Positions 47,912 to 57,189 of a stretch of 64,000 bases of DNA are shown in pieces. The translations under genes and the position numbers were made by a program. The first letter of the stretch is position 1. The number at the start of each line of letters is the position of its first letter. Below the pieces are notes generated by a model, which was not told the DNA's origin, searched no databases, and saw only the letters and a program-made list of their open reading frames with translations. Source of the DNA: a virus; IMG/VR virus record IMGVR_UViG_3300047557_001530, positions 64,001 to 128,000 of that record. One strand, written 5' to 3'.

Positions 47912-48148
47912 ATGGAATCGCCTACAATCCTCTTTTTTATGGGCTGTTTTGTAGTTCTGTTTCTTATAGTTGGAATTATAGCTGGTTGGTTTATCAACGA
48001 TATTGTTTATAATTTCTATAACAAAAATAATTCTCTTCAGCTTCATCCAGAAATGTATGATGACCAAGGAATTGTTATTAACGAAGAGCTACTCGCTGTA
48101 ACCTTTATTGACGAAGAAGAGGAAGAAGAAGAGGATGATTATTATTGA
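47912..48148 (+). CDS. Membrane protein with acidic tail
   Basis: TM helix, HPEMYD motif, poly-E tail; GGAG SD. Confidence 0.7.
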   Translation: MESPTILFFMGCFVVLFLIVGIIAGWFINDIVYNFYNKNNSLQLHPEMYDDQGIVINEELLAVTFIDEEEEEEEDDYY

Positions 48149-48998
48149 CATGAATCAGGTTATGATTAGTAACCTGATGGCACAACTTAAAAAAGATGAA
48201 CTAAATGAAAACTTAGTTCGTCATATGGTTCTCAAAAGTTTAGTTGCTTATGAGAGACAATACAAAGAAGAATATGGTGAAGTTGTTTTAGCTTACGATA
48301 GTAAACATTACTGGCGTAAAGACTTCTTTCCCTACTACAAATACAATAGAAAAAAAGATCGTAAGAGTTCTGGATTAGATTGGCATTCAATCTTTGATGT
48401 TCTGAATAAAATTCGTGATGAAATTAAAGAATACTTTCCATACCGAGTAATGGAAGTATTGGGTGCAGAAGCTGATGATGTTATCTCTGTACTGTGCAGA
48501 CACAAGAAACCGAAAGAGAAGATTCTAATTCTTTCTGGAGATAAAGATTTCATTCAACTACATAAGTATCCTGGGGTATATCAATACAATCCCATCATGA
48601 AAAGTTATATCATTTCAGACAATCCATATGCTTTTATAAAAGAACATATCATTAAGGGAGATAAATCAGATGGTATCCCCAACTTTCTTTCTGATGATGA
48701 TACTTTTGTCGCAGAAAAAAGACAAAAACCAATCAGTCAAAAGAAATTGAATGTATGGGTAGACCAAGACCCAGCCATGTTCTGTAAAACTAAATCAGAA
48801 ATTGATAATTACTATCGTAATAGAACACTTATTGATTTAGATTATGTTCCAGAAGATTTAGAACAAAAAATTCTGGTTGAATTTAATGAGCTAAATACAA
48901 TTGACAAACAAATTCCTTTAGAATACTTTCAGAAAAATCAACTTAATGATCTGATAGAAGTATTCTATTTTCGTAGTTCATCGCCATTTAAGAAATGA
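48135..48998 (+). CDS. rnh: RNase H / 5'-3' exonuclease (T4 rnh)
   Basis: IIIDMNQ, YWRKDFFPYYK, EADDVI, SGDKDFIQL, GDKSDGIPN. Confidence 0.95.
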   Translation: MIIIDMNQVMISNLMAQLKKDELNENLVRHMVLKSLVAYERQYKEEYGEVVLAYDSKHYWRKDFFPYYKYNRKKDRKSSGLDWHSIFDVLNKIRDEIKEYFPYRVMEVLGAEADDVISVLCRHKKPKEKILILSGDKDFIQLHKYPGVYQYNPIMKSYIISDNPYAFIKEHIIKGDKSDGIPNFLSDDDTFVAEKRQKPISQKKLNVWVDQDPAMFCKTKSEIDNYYRNRTLIDLDYVPEDLEQKILVEFNELNTIDKQIPLEYFQKNQLNDLIEVFYFRSSSPFKK

Positions 48999-49429
48999 GA
49001 CTGTTAATTTCCGAAGTGCTCCAGAAAGTGAGCAATGCTAAGACCAAAGCAGAAAAGATTAAAATTCTTCATGAACATAATACTCCCGCTCTACGTTCTC
49101 TTCTCATCGCCAACTTCGATGAGAGCGTAGTTTCTATGCTTCCTGAAGGTGAAGTTCCATTCACACCAAATGATGCTCCAAAAGGAACAGAGCATACTGT
49201 TCTTGAACATGAGTACCGCAAACTTTATCTATTCTTTAAAGGTGGAACTTCTTCCATCAATCAAACCACCAGAGAAAATCTTTTCATTCAACTTCTAGAA
49301 GGGCTACAAGAAGAAGAAGCCAACCTACTAGTACTTGTAAAAGATAAATCTCTAGGCAGAAAATATAAAATTACTCGTGCTTGTGTAGAAGAAGCATTCC
49401 CCCAAATTAAATGGGGAGGACGTAGTTAA
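48995..49429 (+). CDS. Conserved T4-like hypothetical protein
   Basis: LISEVLQKVS, LPEGEVPF, RENLFIQLLEGL. Confidence 0.8.
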   Translation: MRLLISEVLQKVSNAKTKAEKIKILHEHNTPALRSLLIANFDESVVSMLPEGEVPFTPNDAPKGTEHTVLEHEYRKLYLFFKGGTSSINQTTRENLFIQLLEGLQEEEANLLVLVKDKSLGRKYKITRACVEEAFPQIKWGGRS

Positions 49430-49683
49430 TGGTTATTCTTCATCAAAACTGTGAACCCGAACTAGCAAATGATAGGTCTCTTCCCTATACTGCTTACCTC
49501 GTACATTATGAACTTGATGGAGCATTATGTTATGATCTAGTGATTCCTAGAAATAAAGTAGAAATATTTGATTACTATTGGGATCGATATAGAGAAGGTT
49601 TGAAATGGTTTAAACAATCCGAAGGGAGAGTAAATCCCAAACTCTGGGGAATAAAAAATAAAGAAGAAAAAAAGAAAAGATAA
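49429..49683 (+). CDS. Conserved hypothetical protein
   Basis: LPYTAYLV, IFDYYWDRY, GRVNPKLWG. Confidence 0.75.
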   Translation: MVILHQNCEPELANDRSLPYTAYLVHYELDGALCYDLVIPRNKVEIFDYYWDRYREGLKWFKQSEGRVNPKLWGIKNKEEKKKR

Positions 49684-50010
49684 ATGGGAAAGCATTATTT
49701 ACTAAACCTTTACGGGTGCTCGTTGTCTCTTTTAGACAACGAGTTTTTTCTCTGTGATTTACTAGAGAATGCTGCTGAAGCATGTGGTGCTCATGTGTTG
49801 CAAACAATGTCACATCAATTTGAACCCCAAGGCGTAACAGCAATTTGTTTACTTTCTGAAAGTCATATCAGCATTCATACTTGGCCAGAAAAAGGAGAAG
49901 CTGCAGTAGATGTATTTACCTGCGGAGAATCTGAACCCAAGATTGCCTGCGATATTATTATTCAGCAACTCATTGCTAAAGATTATACTTTAGATTTTAT
50001 AGAAAGGTAA
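49684..50010 (+). CDS. speD: S-adenosylmethionine decarboxylase proenzyme
   Basis: MGKHYLLNLYGC, FEPQGVT, LSESHISIHTWPE, DVFTCG. Confidence 0.95.
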   Translation: MGKHYLLNLYGCSLSLLDNEFFLCDLLENAAEACGAHVLQTMSHQFEPQGVTAICLLSESHISIHTWPEKGEAAVDVFTCGESEPKIACDIIIQQLIAKDYTLDFIER

Positions 50011-50044
50011 CAAATGTTACCGAATTATTCAAATATATAAAATA

Positions 50045-50153
50045 CGTTCATCCCTCTGGGACGGAAGTAAGCCGACTCGGAACGCATCGTTCATTTACAA
50101 AATTCTACACAAAGTATCGAATTTTGTAAACGGAAAAGCCGACTGAAGGAACG
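50045..50153 (+). ncRNA. Tandem glutamine riboswitch (glnA-type aptamers x2)
   Basis: Two units CGTTCA-[stem]-CGGAA..AGCCGACT..GGAACG with P1 CGTTC/GAACG, upstream of a YRG peptide. Confidence 0.75.
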
Positions 50154-50184
50154 CTCTTTAACATAACACTTAAGGAGAACCCTA

Positions 50185-50343
50185 ATGTCACAAGCAACCT
50201 ACAGAGGTTGTCAGTACAACACTGACGTACCTAAGCAAGAATATCAGCGTTGGTATTCGCAAACTCACGCACCAGCACATCCACAGAATACATATCGTGG
50301 TGTTGCCTACCGTCCTTGCAACAACCAGGAGGTAGCAAAATGA
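50185..50343 (+). CDS. DUF4278-like YRG-motif peptide (52 aa)
   Basis: MSQATYRGCQYNTD...NTYRGVAYRP; AAGGAG SD. Confidence 0.75.
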   Translation: MSQATYRGCQYNTDVPKQEYQRWYSQTHAPAHPQNTYRGVAYRPCNNQEVAK

Positions 50344-50423
50344 ACTGGCTAAATGTGATTCGCAAACAAATATTAAAACAAAATAAACTTAAACAAGCAC
50401 AACTTGCAATGGCAATGAAATAA
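50340..50423 (+). CDS. 27-aa basic peptide
   Basis: MNWLNVIRKQILKQNKLKQAQLAMAMK; GGAGG SD, ATGA overlap. Confidence 0.55.
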   Translation: MNWLNVIRKQILKQNKLKQAQLAMAMK

Positions 50424-50487
50424 TTTACTGAGGGGTTGACACCCCTCTTTTTTTGTGTTATGATACAGACAAATCTGCTTTGATACT

Positions 50488-50790
50488 ATGGCATCATTAA
50501 AGCGGGCTACCAAGATGCTTACTAAAGCATTAGATAACCCAAATTATTCTTACGACCAATATGTTGAAATTCTCAAGCGTCGTCATGAAATTAAGAAACT
50601 ACGTAAAAACCTACAAGACTATGAGCGAGCAACCCGTGGATTTGGATACACAATTGATCCAGCGATCTTTGAACAATCAATCGGTGAAACTAGTGACAGT
50701 GACACCGAATGCGGAAGAGACGATGGCGTATGTAGCGAGAGTCAGCAATCCGAACAACCAGGACAACCCGAAGATCTCGGGGCTGCTTAA
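50488..50790 (+). CDS. Hypothetical protein overlapping the thyX 5' end
   Basis: First ATG after a TTGACA-N17-TATGAT promoter; helical N-terminal half. Confidence 0.55.
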   Translation: MASLKRATKMLTKALDNPNYSYDQYVEILKRRHEIKKLRKNLQDYERATRGFGYTIDPAIFEQSIGETSDSDTECGRDDGVCSESQQSEQPGQPEDLGAA

Positions 50791-51313
50791 GTATTGTATT
50801 CAGCATGAACATTGGTCTGTATTTGAACAAGCATACATGACCCTAGAGATCAATACTACTCGGGGTCTGGCGGCACAAATACTACGACATAGATCCTTCA
50901 CATTCCAGGAATTTTCTCAGCGATATGCTGATACCAATCTTCTGACAGAAGAGATTCCTGTTCCTGATCTTCGACGGCAGGATACAAAAAATCGTCAGAA
51001 TTCTATTGATGATCTTGATCCTGAATTAGTAATTGCATTCCAGCGTCGTACTAAGATGTTGTTTGCCGAGGCACAAGAACTATACACAGACATGCTTGGT
51101 GCTGGAGTTGCTAAAGAGTGTGCTCGGTTTGTACTTCCACTTGCTGTTCCCACAAGAATTTACATGACAGGATCTGTACGTTCGTGGGTACACTATATAG
51201 AATTGAGGTCCGCTAACGGTACTCAAAAAGAGCATATGGAAATTGCTCAAATGTGTAAAGAAATTTTCGCTACACAATTCCCAACTGTCGCTGAAGCTTT
51301 GGAGTGGATCTGA
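50621..51313 (+). CDS. thyX: Flavin-dependent thymidylate synthase (start uncertain)
   Basis: ARVSNP, HWSVFE, QILRHRSFTFQEFSQRY, AKECARFVLP, TQKEH. Confidence 0.96.
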   Translation: MSEQPVDLDTQLIQRSLNNQSVKLVTVTPNAEETMAYVARVSNPNNQDNPKISGLLKYCIQHEHWSVFEQAYMTLEINTTRGLAAQILRHRSFTFQEFSQRYADTNLLTEEIPVPDLRRQDTKNRQNSIDDLDPELVIAFQRRTKMLFAEAQELYTDMLGAGVAKECARFVLPLAVPTRIYMTGSVRSWVHYIELRSANGTQKEHMEIAQMCKEIFATQFPTVAEALEWI

Positions 51314-51555
51314 TGCCTACTTATCCTGTAATTCATAAAGAAACTGGAGAGAAACAAGAACTCTACATGTCTATGGTAGAGTATGATCAGTGGAAAAAAG
51401 ACAATCCCGATTGGGATAAAGATTGGTCTGCTGGTGTCGCTGGTGTCGGAGAAGTCGGAGACTGGAAAGACAAGATGAGCAAAACTCACCCAGGTTGGGC
51501 TGATATTATGAAGAACAAGGTGGCTAAAGCCCCTGGTTCTCGTGTTCAATGGTAA
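51313..51555 (+). CDS. Conserved hypothetical protein
   Basis: MPTYPVIHKETGE...KAPGSRV, usually before phoH. Confidence 0.75.
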   Translation: MPTYPVIHKETGEKQELYMSMVEYDQWKKDNPDWDKDWSAGVAGVGEVGDWKDKMSKTHPGWADIMKNKVAKAPGSRVQW

Positions 51556-51575
51556 ACTAATCACTATAAACAACT

Positions 51576-52328
51576 ATGCCAAGAGCAAGAAAAAGAAATA
51601 CTCCAGACCTTAATGGTATGAGTGCTAAGCAAATGAGAAGAAAGAAGCCAATCAATTCTGATTATCTTCTTGAGATCGAACCTCTCACAGAAAATCAAAC
51701 TAAAATGTTTGAAGAGTATGGAACAGGTCAAAACATCTTTGCTTACGGTTGTGCTGGAACAGGCAAAACATTCGTTGCCCTTTACCTTGCTCTTCGTGAT
51801 GTTCTAGATGAAAAATCACCTTACGAAAAAATTTATATCGTTCGCTCTCTAGTTGCAACTAGAGAAATTGGTTTCCTTCCTGGTACGCACGAAGACAAGT
51901 CATCACTTTATCAAATTCCCTATAAGAATATGGTGAAGTATATGTTTGAGATGCCAGACGATCCTTCGTTTGATATGTTGTATGACAATCTCAAACAGCA
52001 GGAAACAATCAGTTTCTGGAGCACTTCTTTCCTTCGTGGTTCTACTCTAGACAATTCAATTATTATTGTTGATGAATGTCAGAACCTTAACTTCCACGAA
52101 CTTGATTCAATCATGACTCGTGTAGGACAAGATAGTAAGATTATGTTCTGTGGTGATGCTAGTCAGTCAGACTTGCAACGTACCAACGAGCGTACTGGTA
52201 TCATTGATTTCCAACGCATTCTTCAGAACATGGAAGAGTTTTCTCTTATCGAATTCGGTATTGAAGACATCGTTCGTTCTGGTCTTGTGAAGTCTTATCT
52301 CATCGCTAAAATTAATTTGGGAATGTAA
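51576..52328 (+). CDS. phoH: PhoH-family ATPase
   Basis: GCAGTGKT, REIGFLPG, FLRGST, VDECQN, CGDASQSD, DIVRSGLV. Confidence 0.96.
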   Translation: MPRARKRNTPDLNGMSAKQMRRKKPINSDYLLEIEPLTENQTKMFEEYGTGQNIFAYGCAGTGKTFVALYLALRDVLDEKSPYEKIYIVRSLVATREIGFLPGTHEDKSSLYQIPYKNMVKYMFEMPDDPSFDMLYDNLKQQETISFWSTSFLRGSTLDNSIIIVDECQNLNFHELDSIMTRVGQDSKIMFCGDASQSDLQRTNERTGIIDFQRILQNMEEFSLIEFGIEDIVRSGLVKSYLIAKINLGM

Positions 52329-53015
52329 ATGAAAATTTTTAATCATGTTGGGCTGATTGAGCCTATTGAAATGAATACTGTTATGATTGAAGGTCGGAGG
52401 TATTATAATACTCCGACTGGGAAGAAGCACAAATCAGTCACCACCGTGATTAGCAACAACCCAAAAAAGAAAGAGATAATTGCTAAGTGGAGGGCGAGAG
52501 TTGGGGAGGAAAAAGCAAACCGAATCTCCTCTCGCTCCACTACTAGAGGCAATCGCTATCATAAATTGGTAGAGAATTATCTCAACAATGAACATGATCC
52601 AAATCTTTATAAAGAATATCCTTTGGTTTGGATTATGTTTGATTCCTCTCGTAAAATTCTTGATAATATAAATAACATATACTTACAAGAGGCTGGCTTA
52701 TATTCTGATTTCCTTGGAATCGCTGGTCGTGTAGATTGTATTGCTGAGTACAACGGTAAACTTTCTATCATCGACTTCAAAACATCAGCCGAAGAAAAGA
52801 AAGAAGAATATCTTTACGATTATTATGTTCAGGAAACAGCATATGCTTGTATGCTACAGGAACTTTATAATCTGAAAGTGGAACAGTTAGTTACAATTGT
52901 TGCTTGTGAAAATGGTGAAACACAAGTAAGTATTCAGCCTCCCAAAAAAGAATATCTTATTAAACTACAACAGTACATTCGGGAATACGAAGAGAGGTAT
53001 GAAAGAAATATTTGA
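52329..53015 (+). CDS. PD-(D/E)XK exonuclease
   Basis: SVTTVI, RGNRYH, AGRVDCI, IIDFKTS, QETAYA. Confidence 0.9.
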   Translation: MKIFNHVGLIEPIEMNTVMIEGRRYYNTPTGKKHKSVTTVISNNPKKKEIIAKWRARVGEEKANRISSRSTTRGNRYHKLVENYLNNEHDPNLYKEYPLVWIMFDSSRKILDNINNIYLQEAGLYSDFLGIAGRVDCIAEYNGKLSIIDFKTSAEEKKEEYLYDYYVQETAYACMLQELYNLKVEQLVTIVACENGETQVSIQPPKKEYLIKLQQYIREYEERYERNI

Positions 53016-53244
53016 AAACAATTTTATGACGCCTACCAAATTTGCTCAGGAGGTTGAAAAAATAGCTCACGAAAATTCAATGAATTATATTGATGCTATT
53101 ATTCACTACTGCGAACATAACGAAATCGAAATTGAATCAGTGCCCAAACTGATGTCAAAGCCACTAAAAGAAAAACTTAAATACGACGCTCAGAAGCTCA
53201 ACTTCATGAAGAAAACTTCAAGAGCAAAACTCATGCTTGTATAA
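52999..53244 (+). CDS. g33: Late transcription coactivator gp33
   Basis: FAQEVEKI, NYIDAIIHYC, SKPLKEKLKYDAQKLNFM. Confidence 0.9.
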   Translation: MKEIFENNFMTPTKFAQEVEKIAHENSMNYIDAIIHYCEHNEIEIESVPKLMSKPLKEKLKYDAQKLNFMKKTSRAKLMLV

Positions 53245-53246
53245 CT

Positions 53247-53588
53247 ATGGGAAATTTTTTTAAATCCGAAATGGTTCGGGGTGATCTTCAAGAAATGGCA
53301 GAGCTTCAACAGTTCTGTATGAGATCTATGGTTGCTTTTCCTGTTCTTACAAAAGAAAAAAAGCTTCAATACTTTGAAGTGATGGAGCAACTAATTGAAA
53401 AACAAAAAATCTTTCATGCCCGTGTGTGTTTGAGTGATGACCCAGAGGCACAGGAAATGGCAGAGAGTATGAAGCAAGCTGCTATCATGCTTGGTGCCAC
53501 TCCCAATCAGACCATGGGAGCTATGTTTGATGACCTTCTTGAAAAGGTCCGTGTCATGAAACAGCAACTAGAGGCTCAGGGGGATTGA
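53247..53588 (+). CDS. DUF1825-like conserved protein
   Basis: FFKSEMVRG, LIEKQKIFHARVCLSDDPEA. Confidence 0.75.
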   Translation: MGNFFKSEMVRGDLQEMAELQQFCMRSMVAFPVLTKEKKLQYFEVMEQLIEKQKIFHARVCLSDDPEAQEMAESMKQAAIMLGATPNQTMGAMFDDLLEKVRVMKQQLEAQGD

Positions 53589-53667
53589 CGCTCCCTTGAG
53601 CCTGTGATATGATGTCTAGGTGATTCAGCGTCACACAAGCCAAATCCAATTTATCCGAGAAAATCCT

Positions 53668-54552
53668 ATGTCTTTTGCTGATCTTAAGCGTAAGTCCCAG
53701 AGTAACTTTGAGTTCCTTCAGAAAGAACTTGAAAAGTCCAGCACCCAATCTGGTGCCGACGATAGGCTCTGGAAGCCCGAACTTGACGCTTCTGGTAACG
53801 GGTATGCTGTTATCCGTTTCCTCCCCGCTCCCGAAGGTGAGAGCGTACCCTGGGCAAAGGTTTACAACCACGCCTTCAAAGGTCCTGGTGGTTGGCTGAT
53901 TGATGGTTGTCCCACCACCAATGGTGATAAGTGCCCCATCTGTGCTGCCAACACACGTCTGTGGAATAGTGGTCATGAATCCGACAAAGCCATCGCTCGT
54001 GATCGTAAGCGTAAGCTTTCCTACTACAGCAACATTTATGTTGTGAACGATCCCAAGAACCCCGACAACAACGGCAAGGTTATGTTGTTCAAGTATGGTA
54101 AGAAGATCCACGACAAGATCCTCGCCGCCATGCAGCCCGAATTCCAAGATGAAACTCCTATCAACGTGTTTGATCTTTGGGAAGGTGCTAACTTCAAAAT
54201 CAAGATCCGTACCATTGGTGGTTACTGGAACTATGATGCTTCTGAATTTGGTTCTCCTGCTGCTCTGAGTCAAGATGATGATGAACTGGAAGCAATCTGG
54301 AAGCAAGAGTATTCTCTTGAAGCATTTACTGCTCCCAGTGAATTCAAGAGCTATGAAGAGCTTGAAAATCGCATGAGTGTTGTTCTGAATACTGCTCCTG
54401 AAGTTCGTCAGGCTCAGTATGAAGAGGAAGAAGAACCCGCTGCTGTTGCTACTGCTACGGTTGCTCGTGAACCTGATCTTCCTTCGTTCAAATCTAACGA
54501 TGATGACGATGATGCTCTGAGCTACTTTGCTCGACTGGCTGAAGAAGATTGA
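53668..54552 (+). CDS. g32: Single-stranded DNA binding protein gp32
   Basis: MSFADLK, DDRLWKP, GYAVIRFLP, FKYGKKI, acidic tail DDALSYFARLAEED. Confidence 0.97.
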   Translation: MSFADLKRKSQSNFEFLQKELEKSSTQSGADDRLWKPELDASGNGYAVIRFLPAPEGESVPWAKVYNHAFKGPGGWLIDGCPTTNGDKCPICAANTRLWNSGHESDKAIARDRKRKLSYYSNIYVVNDPKNPDNNGKVMLFKYGKKIHDKILAAMQPEFQDETPINVFDLWEGANFKIKIRTIGGYWNYDASEFGSPAALSQDDDELEAIWKQEYSLEAFTAPSEFKSYEELENRMSVVLNTAPEVRQAQYEEEEEPAAVATATVAREPDLPSFKSNDDDDDALSYFARLAEED

Positions 54553-54559
54553 TACAACG

Positions 54560-54583
54560 AAGGGGGCTTACGCCCCCTTTTTT
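54560..54583. terminator. Terminator between convergent g32 and g53
   Basis: AAGGGGGC-TTAC-GCCCCCTT + T tract. Confidence 0.8.
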
Positions 54584-55232
54584 ATACTCCAGTTTTTTTC
54601 AACTTATTGGATATGTAATCGCTAGATTGAGTATACATATTTGTTTTTCTAAAATCAGAAAGAAACGCATCAAGATACTCTGGTCTTAGTAAATAGATTT
54701 CTCTTTTCTTTTCGTTTTCTTGACTTTCGTATTCAAACGCAGTTACAGGATACGACAGTTCACTTCCAGGAATACTTTTAATTTCATCTCCGTCCCAATA
54801 CTTGAATGGTCTATTGTAAAATGTCTCGTCAACAATTATATTTTCTTTAAGAACTAAATCTCCATTGCTATTTCTGTATTCATATGTTTGATAATGATGT
54901 ATTTCAGAATATGGATCTTCGTAAATTGATTCGCAATATTTTCTTAAAGCATATTCACTCATTGGCCAATCAAATAATGGATTAATTATGTTGTTAGTTA
55001 AAACAATTATCCAATCAAAAAAAGGATCTCCATATGCTTTTTCTGCTAAGGTGTCTAATCTTTCGCCTTCAACTATAGAGTATTGTTTAAAGAAAGTTGC
55101 ATAAGAAAATACATCAGGATTAACCTGATATCTTCTGAAGAAATTTTTAGCTACAACAAAGTCTGAATTAGAAAATGGATAACTAATTGGCTTTGTATCG
55201 TATTCTATATTAGGAATATTTTTAAAGTACAT
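54582..55232 (-). CDS. g53: Baseplate wedge protein gp53
   Basis: MYFKNIPNIEY, KNFFRR, GERLDTLAEKAYGDP..DWIIVLTNNIINP, HHY. Confidence 0.9.
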   Translation of the reverse strand: MYFKNIPNIEYDTKPISYPFSNSDFVVAKNFFRRYQVNPDVFSYATFFKQYSIVEGERLDTLAEKAYGDPFFDWIIVLTNNIINPLFDWPMSEYALRKYCESIYEDPYSEIHHYQTYEYRNSNGDLVLKENIIVDETFYNRPFKYWDGDEIKSIPGSELSYPVTAFEYESQENEKKREIYLLRPEYLDAFLSDFRKTNMYTQSSDYISNKLKKTGV

Positions 55233-55233
55233 T

Positions 55234-56319
55234 TTAGAAAGTTGGTCCGTCTTCGTTGATTTCGCTTGCAAATAGGATCTTCATTTCTCTAAAAGTAATT
55301 TTTAGTTGTGTTGCTACAGGAGATCCATCACTATATGTAGCATAAGAACCATCTGGAGTATAATTTATTGACACATCAGTAATCGCAGATAATTTATATT
55401 GAGGCAAGAAAGGATGAAGTCCTGATCCTTTCATAAATGTAACTTGGCATACGTCTGGTATAGTTAATAAATTAGGAGAATTATTTTCAAATCCAAATAT
55501 TGCTTGTCCCCCAAATGATGGTAGCATTGATTTTTTAAATCTATTACAAATTTTTCTAATGGTTTTTGCTTCTCCATCTGTTCTTGGAGTCATTTTAAAT
55601 GATAAATCAAATCCTCTAAGATCTGGAGACTCATACATCATTTCTACGTTTGGATTTAACACAGTACCACTGACTCCACCCATTACTTGATTTATATTAA
55701 CATTAGCATTTAATGTTTCATTTATAGATTTTGTTATTTGATCAAACGCCATTGTTTTTATCATCCCAGGTACTGATTGAATTCCTGTAGGTATAGCACT
55801 TAGATTTGTTCCAGCTAAATTTAACAATCCTGCAGTTAATGTACCAAATCCAGCTCCTCCCCACTTGGCACTGTATTGAGCTTGAACATCCTCTGGCATG
55901 TATAAAATTATTGGAGGACTAGTTGTTTTCTTACCTATTCCTGATTGAGCATACAAATCATAACCTGAGTTTCCACTGTCTATATTTACACTCCCATCTC
56001 CTCCTTGCCCTCTTCCGAATGGGGGATCGTATTTAAAAAAAGTAAAAATTACATAGTCAGATTTATCATCTAATAAGTCTGATGGATACCTTAAAGCTTG
56101 ACTTTTATTTTCTCTGGGGGCTGTAAATTTTATAACATTATCTGATTTTGGTGGAGTATATCCAGAAGAAGAACTACTAGAATTTGGGTCATTTACTTTA
56201 GTTCCTTGGTTTATCAAAGCTTGATTTGCAGTAGAACCTGCGTTACCTCTATTCTTAAATCCATCACCACTGTCATAGAATAAAGATCTTCCTTCGATGT
56301 AGTATTCTCCTTTTGCCAT
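55234..56319 (-). CDS. g48: Baseplate tail-tube cap gp48
   Basis: LRYP, ILYMP, NPNVEMMY, FSFKM-like FDLSFKMTPR, INYTPDG, FREMKI. Confidence 0.85.
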   Translation of the reverse strand: MAKGEYYIEGRSLFYDSGDGFKNRGNAGSTANQALINQGTKVNDPNSSSSSSGYTPPKSDNVIKFTAPRENKSQALRYPSDLLDDKSDYVIFTFFKYDPPFGRGQGGDGSVNIDSGNSGYDLYAQSGIGKKTTSPPIILYMPEDVQAQYSAKWGGAGFGTLTAGLLNLAGTNLSAIPTGIQSVPGMIKTMAFDQITKSINETLNANVNINQVMGGVSGTVLNPNVEMMYESPDLRGFDLSFKMTPRTDGEAKTIRKICNRFKKSMLPSFGGQAIFGFENNSPNLLTIPDVCQVTFMKGSGLHPFLPQYKLSAITDVSINYTPDGSYATYSDGSPVATQLKITFREMKILFASEINEDGPTF

Positions 56320-57188
56320 TACTTGACTCTCTCTATGTCTTTTTTATCAGAACCTTTTACAATACGAATACCTTTTATTCTATCATTCCAATATTGCTCG
56401 ATCTCTTCCCAAACATATTCTTTAGGATATTCAATTCTTCCGCCCCCCTTCATAAGAACAAATTCTTCAACTGGAAGAAATATAGCAGTTTCCCATTCTT
56501 GTTTGGCAAGATCTAAGAATAAACTTTTACACCTTTTATTTAAATATTTATGAATAATCTTTTGAGGAATGTCTATTCTTCCTTCTTGTAATTTATTGAT
56601 AACTATTTGTCTTCGTTTTGGTTTTAGGTAATGTAAATTTGCCCCATAAAATTCTGAGCCGTGAACACTTAAAACATATACTAATGGATACTTATCGTAA
56701 TATGGTAGGCTTTGAGTCTCTGCTTGGTATTCGTAAAAGTATAAGTGACCAGGAAAAACTCTTCTTCTTAAAACATTTTGATCCTGATACACCAGAGCAT
56801 CAACAGACTCCATCTTTTGTTCGATGGTCATTCTATTGTTTTCTGTGGTATACTTATCCCCTATTGATCTTAACGCAGACTTATACCATGTGATACTTTT
56901 TGCTTCTCCTCCAGTAAGTTCTTTTATTTGTTCAAAAATAGTTTTATAATTTTTCTTTAAAAATTCTTGATAACCTTTCGTAGCTTTAACTGCTTCAGCA
57001 AGTTCCCTCATATCTTTATATGAGGAATATCTTTTTATACCATACTTAGAAGCTAAAGCACGAATTTGATCTCTAGTGTATGTGTCAGCAGAAAGACCTC
57101 CATCTAATTCGTGCCCTGTTAAATGACTCCATTTATCAACGTTGTCTTTTGCATTTGGTTTTGGCTTTAGATTATTCTTAGCTGCCAT
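56319..57188 (-). CDS. g2: DNA end protector gp2 with N-terminal extension
   Basis: PGHLYFYEY, LPYYDKYPLV, FYGANLHYL, HKYL, WETAIFLPVEEF. Confidence 0.85.
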   Translation of the reverse strand: MAAKNNLKPKPNAKDNVDKWSHLTGHELDGGLSADTYTRDQIRALASKYGIKRYSSYKDMRELAEAVKATKGYQEFLKKNYKTIFEQIKELTGGEAKSITWYKSALRSIGDKYTTENNRMTIEQKMESVDALVYQDQNVLRRRVFPGHLYFYEYQAETQSLPYYDKYPLVYVLSVHGSEFYGANLHYLKPKRRQIVINKLQEGRIDIPQKIIHKYLNKRCKSLFLDLAKQEWETAIFLPVEEFVLMKGGGRIEYPKEYVWEEIEQYWNDRIKGIRIVKGSDKKDIERVK

Positions 57189-57189
57189 G

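Noticed and set aside
49660-49690. In-frame A_AAA_AAG near the end of the ORF before speD (and another inside hsp20 at ~18423)
   Set aside because: No downstream hairpin seen; the -1 frame is short and does not join a meaningful domain
52329-53015. Cas4/CRISPR system
   Set aside because: Core T4-like exonuclease between phoH and g33; no array or other cas genes
53554-54306. 250-aa minus-strand ORF opposite g32
   Set aside because: Antisense shadow with no recognisable motif
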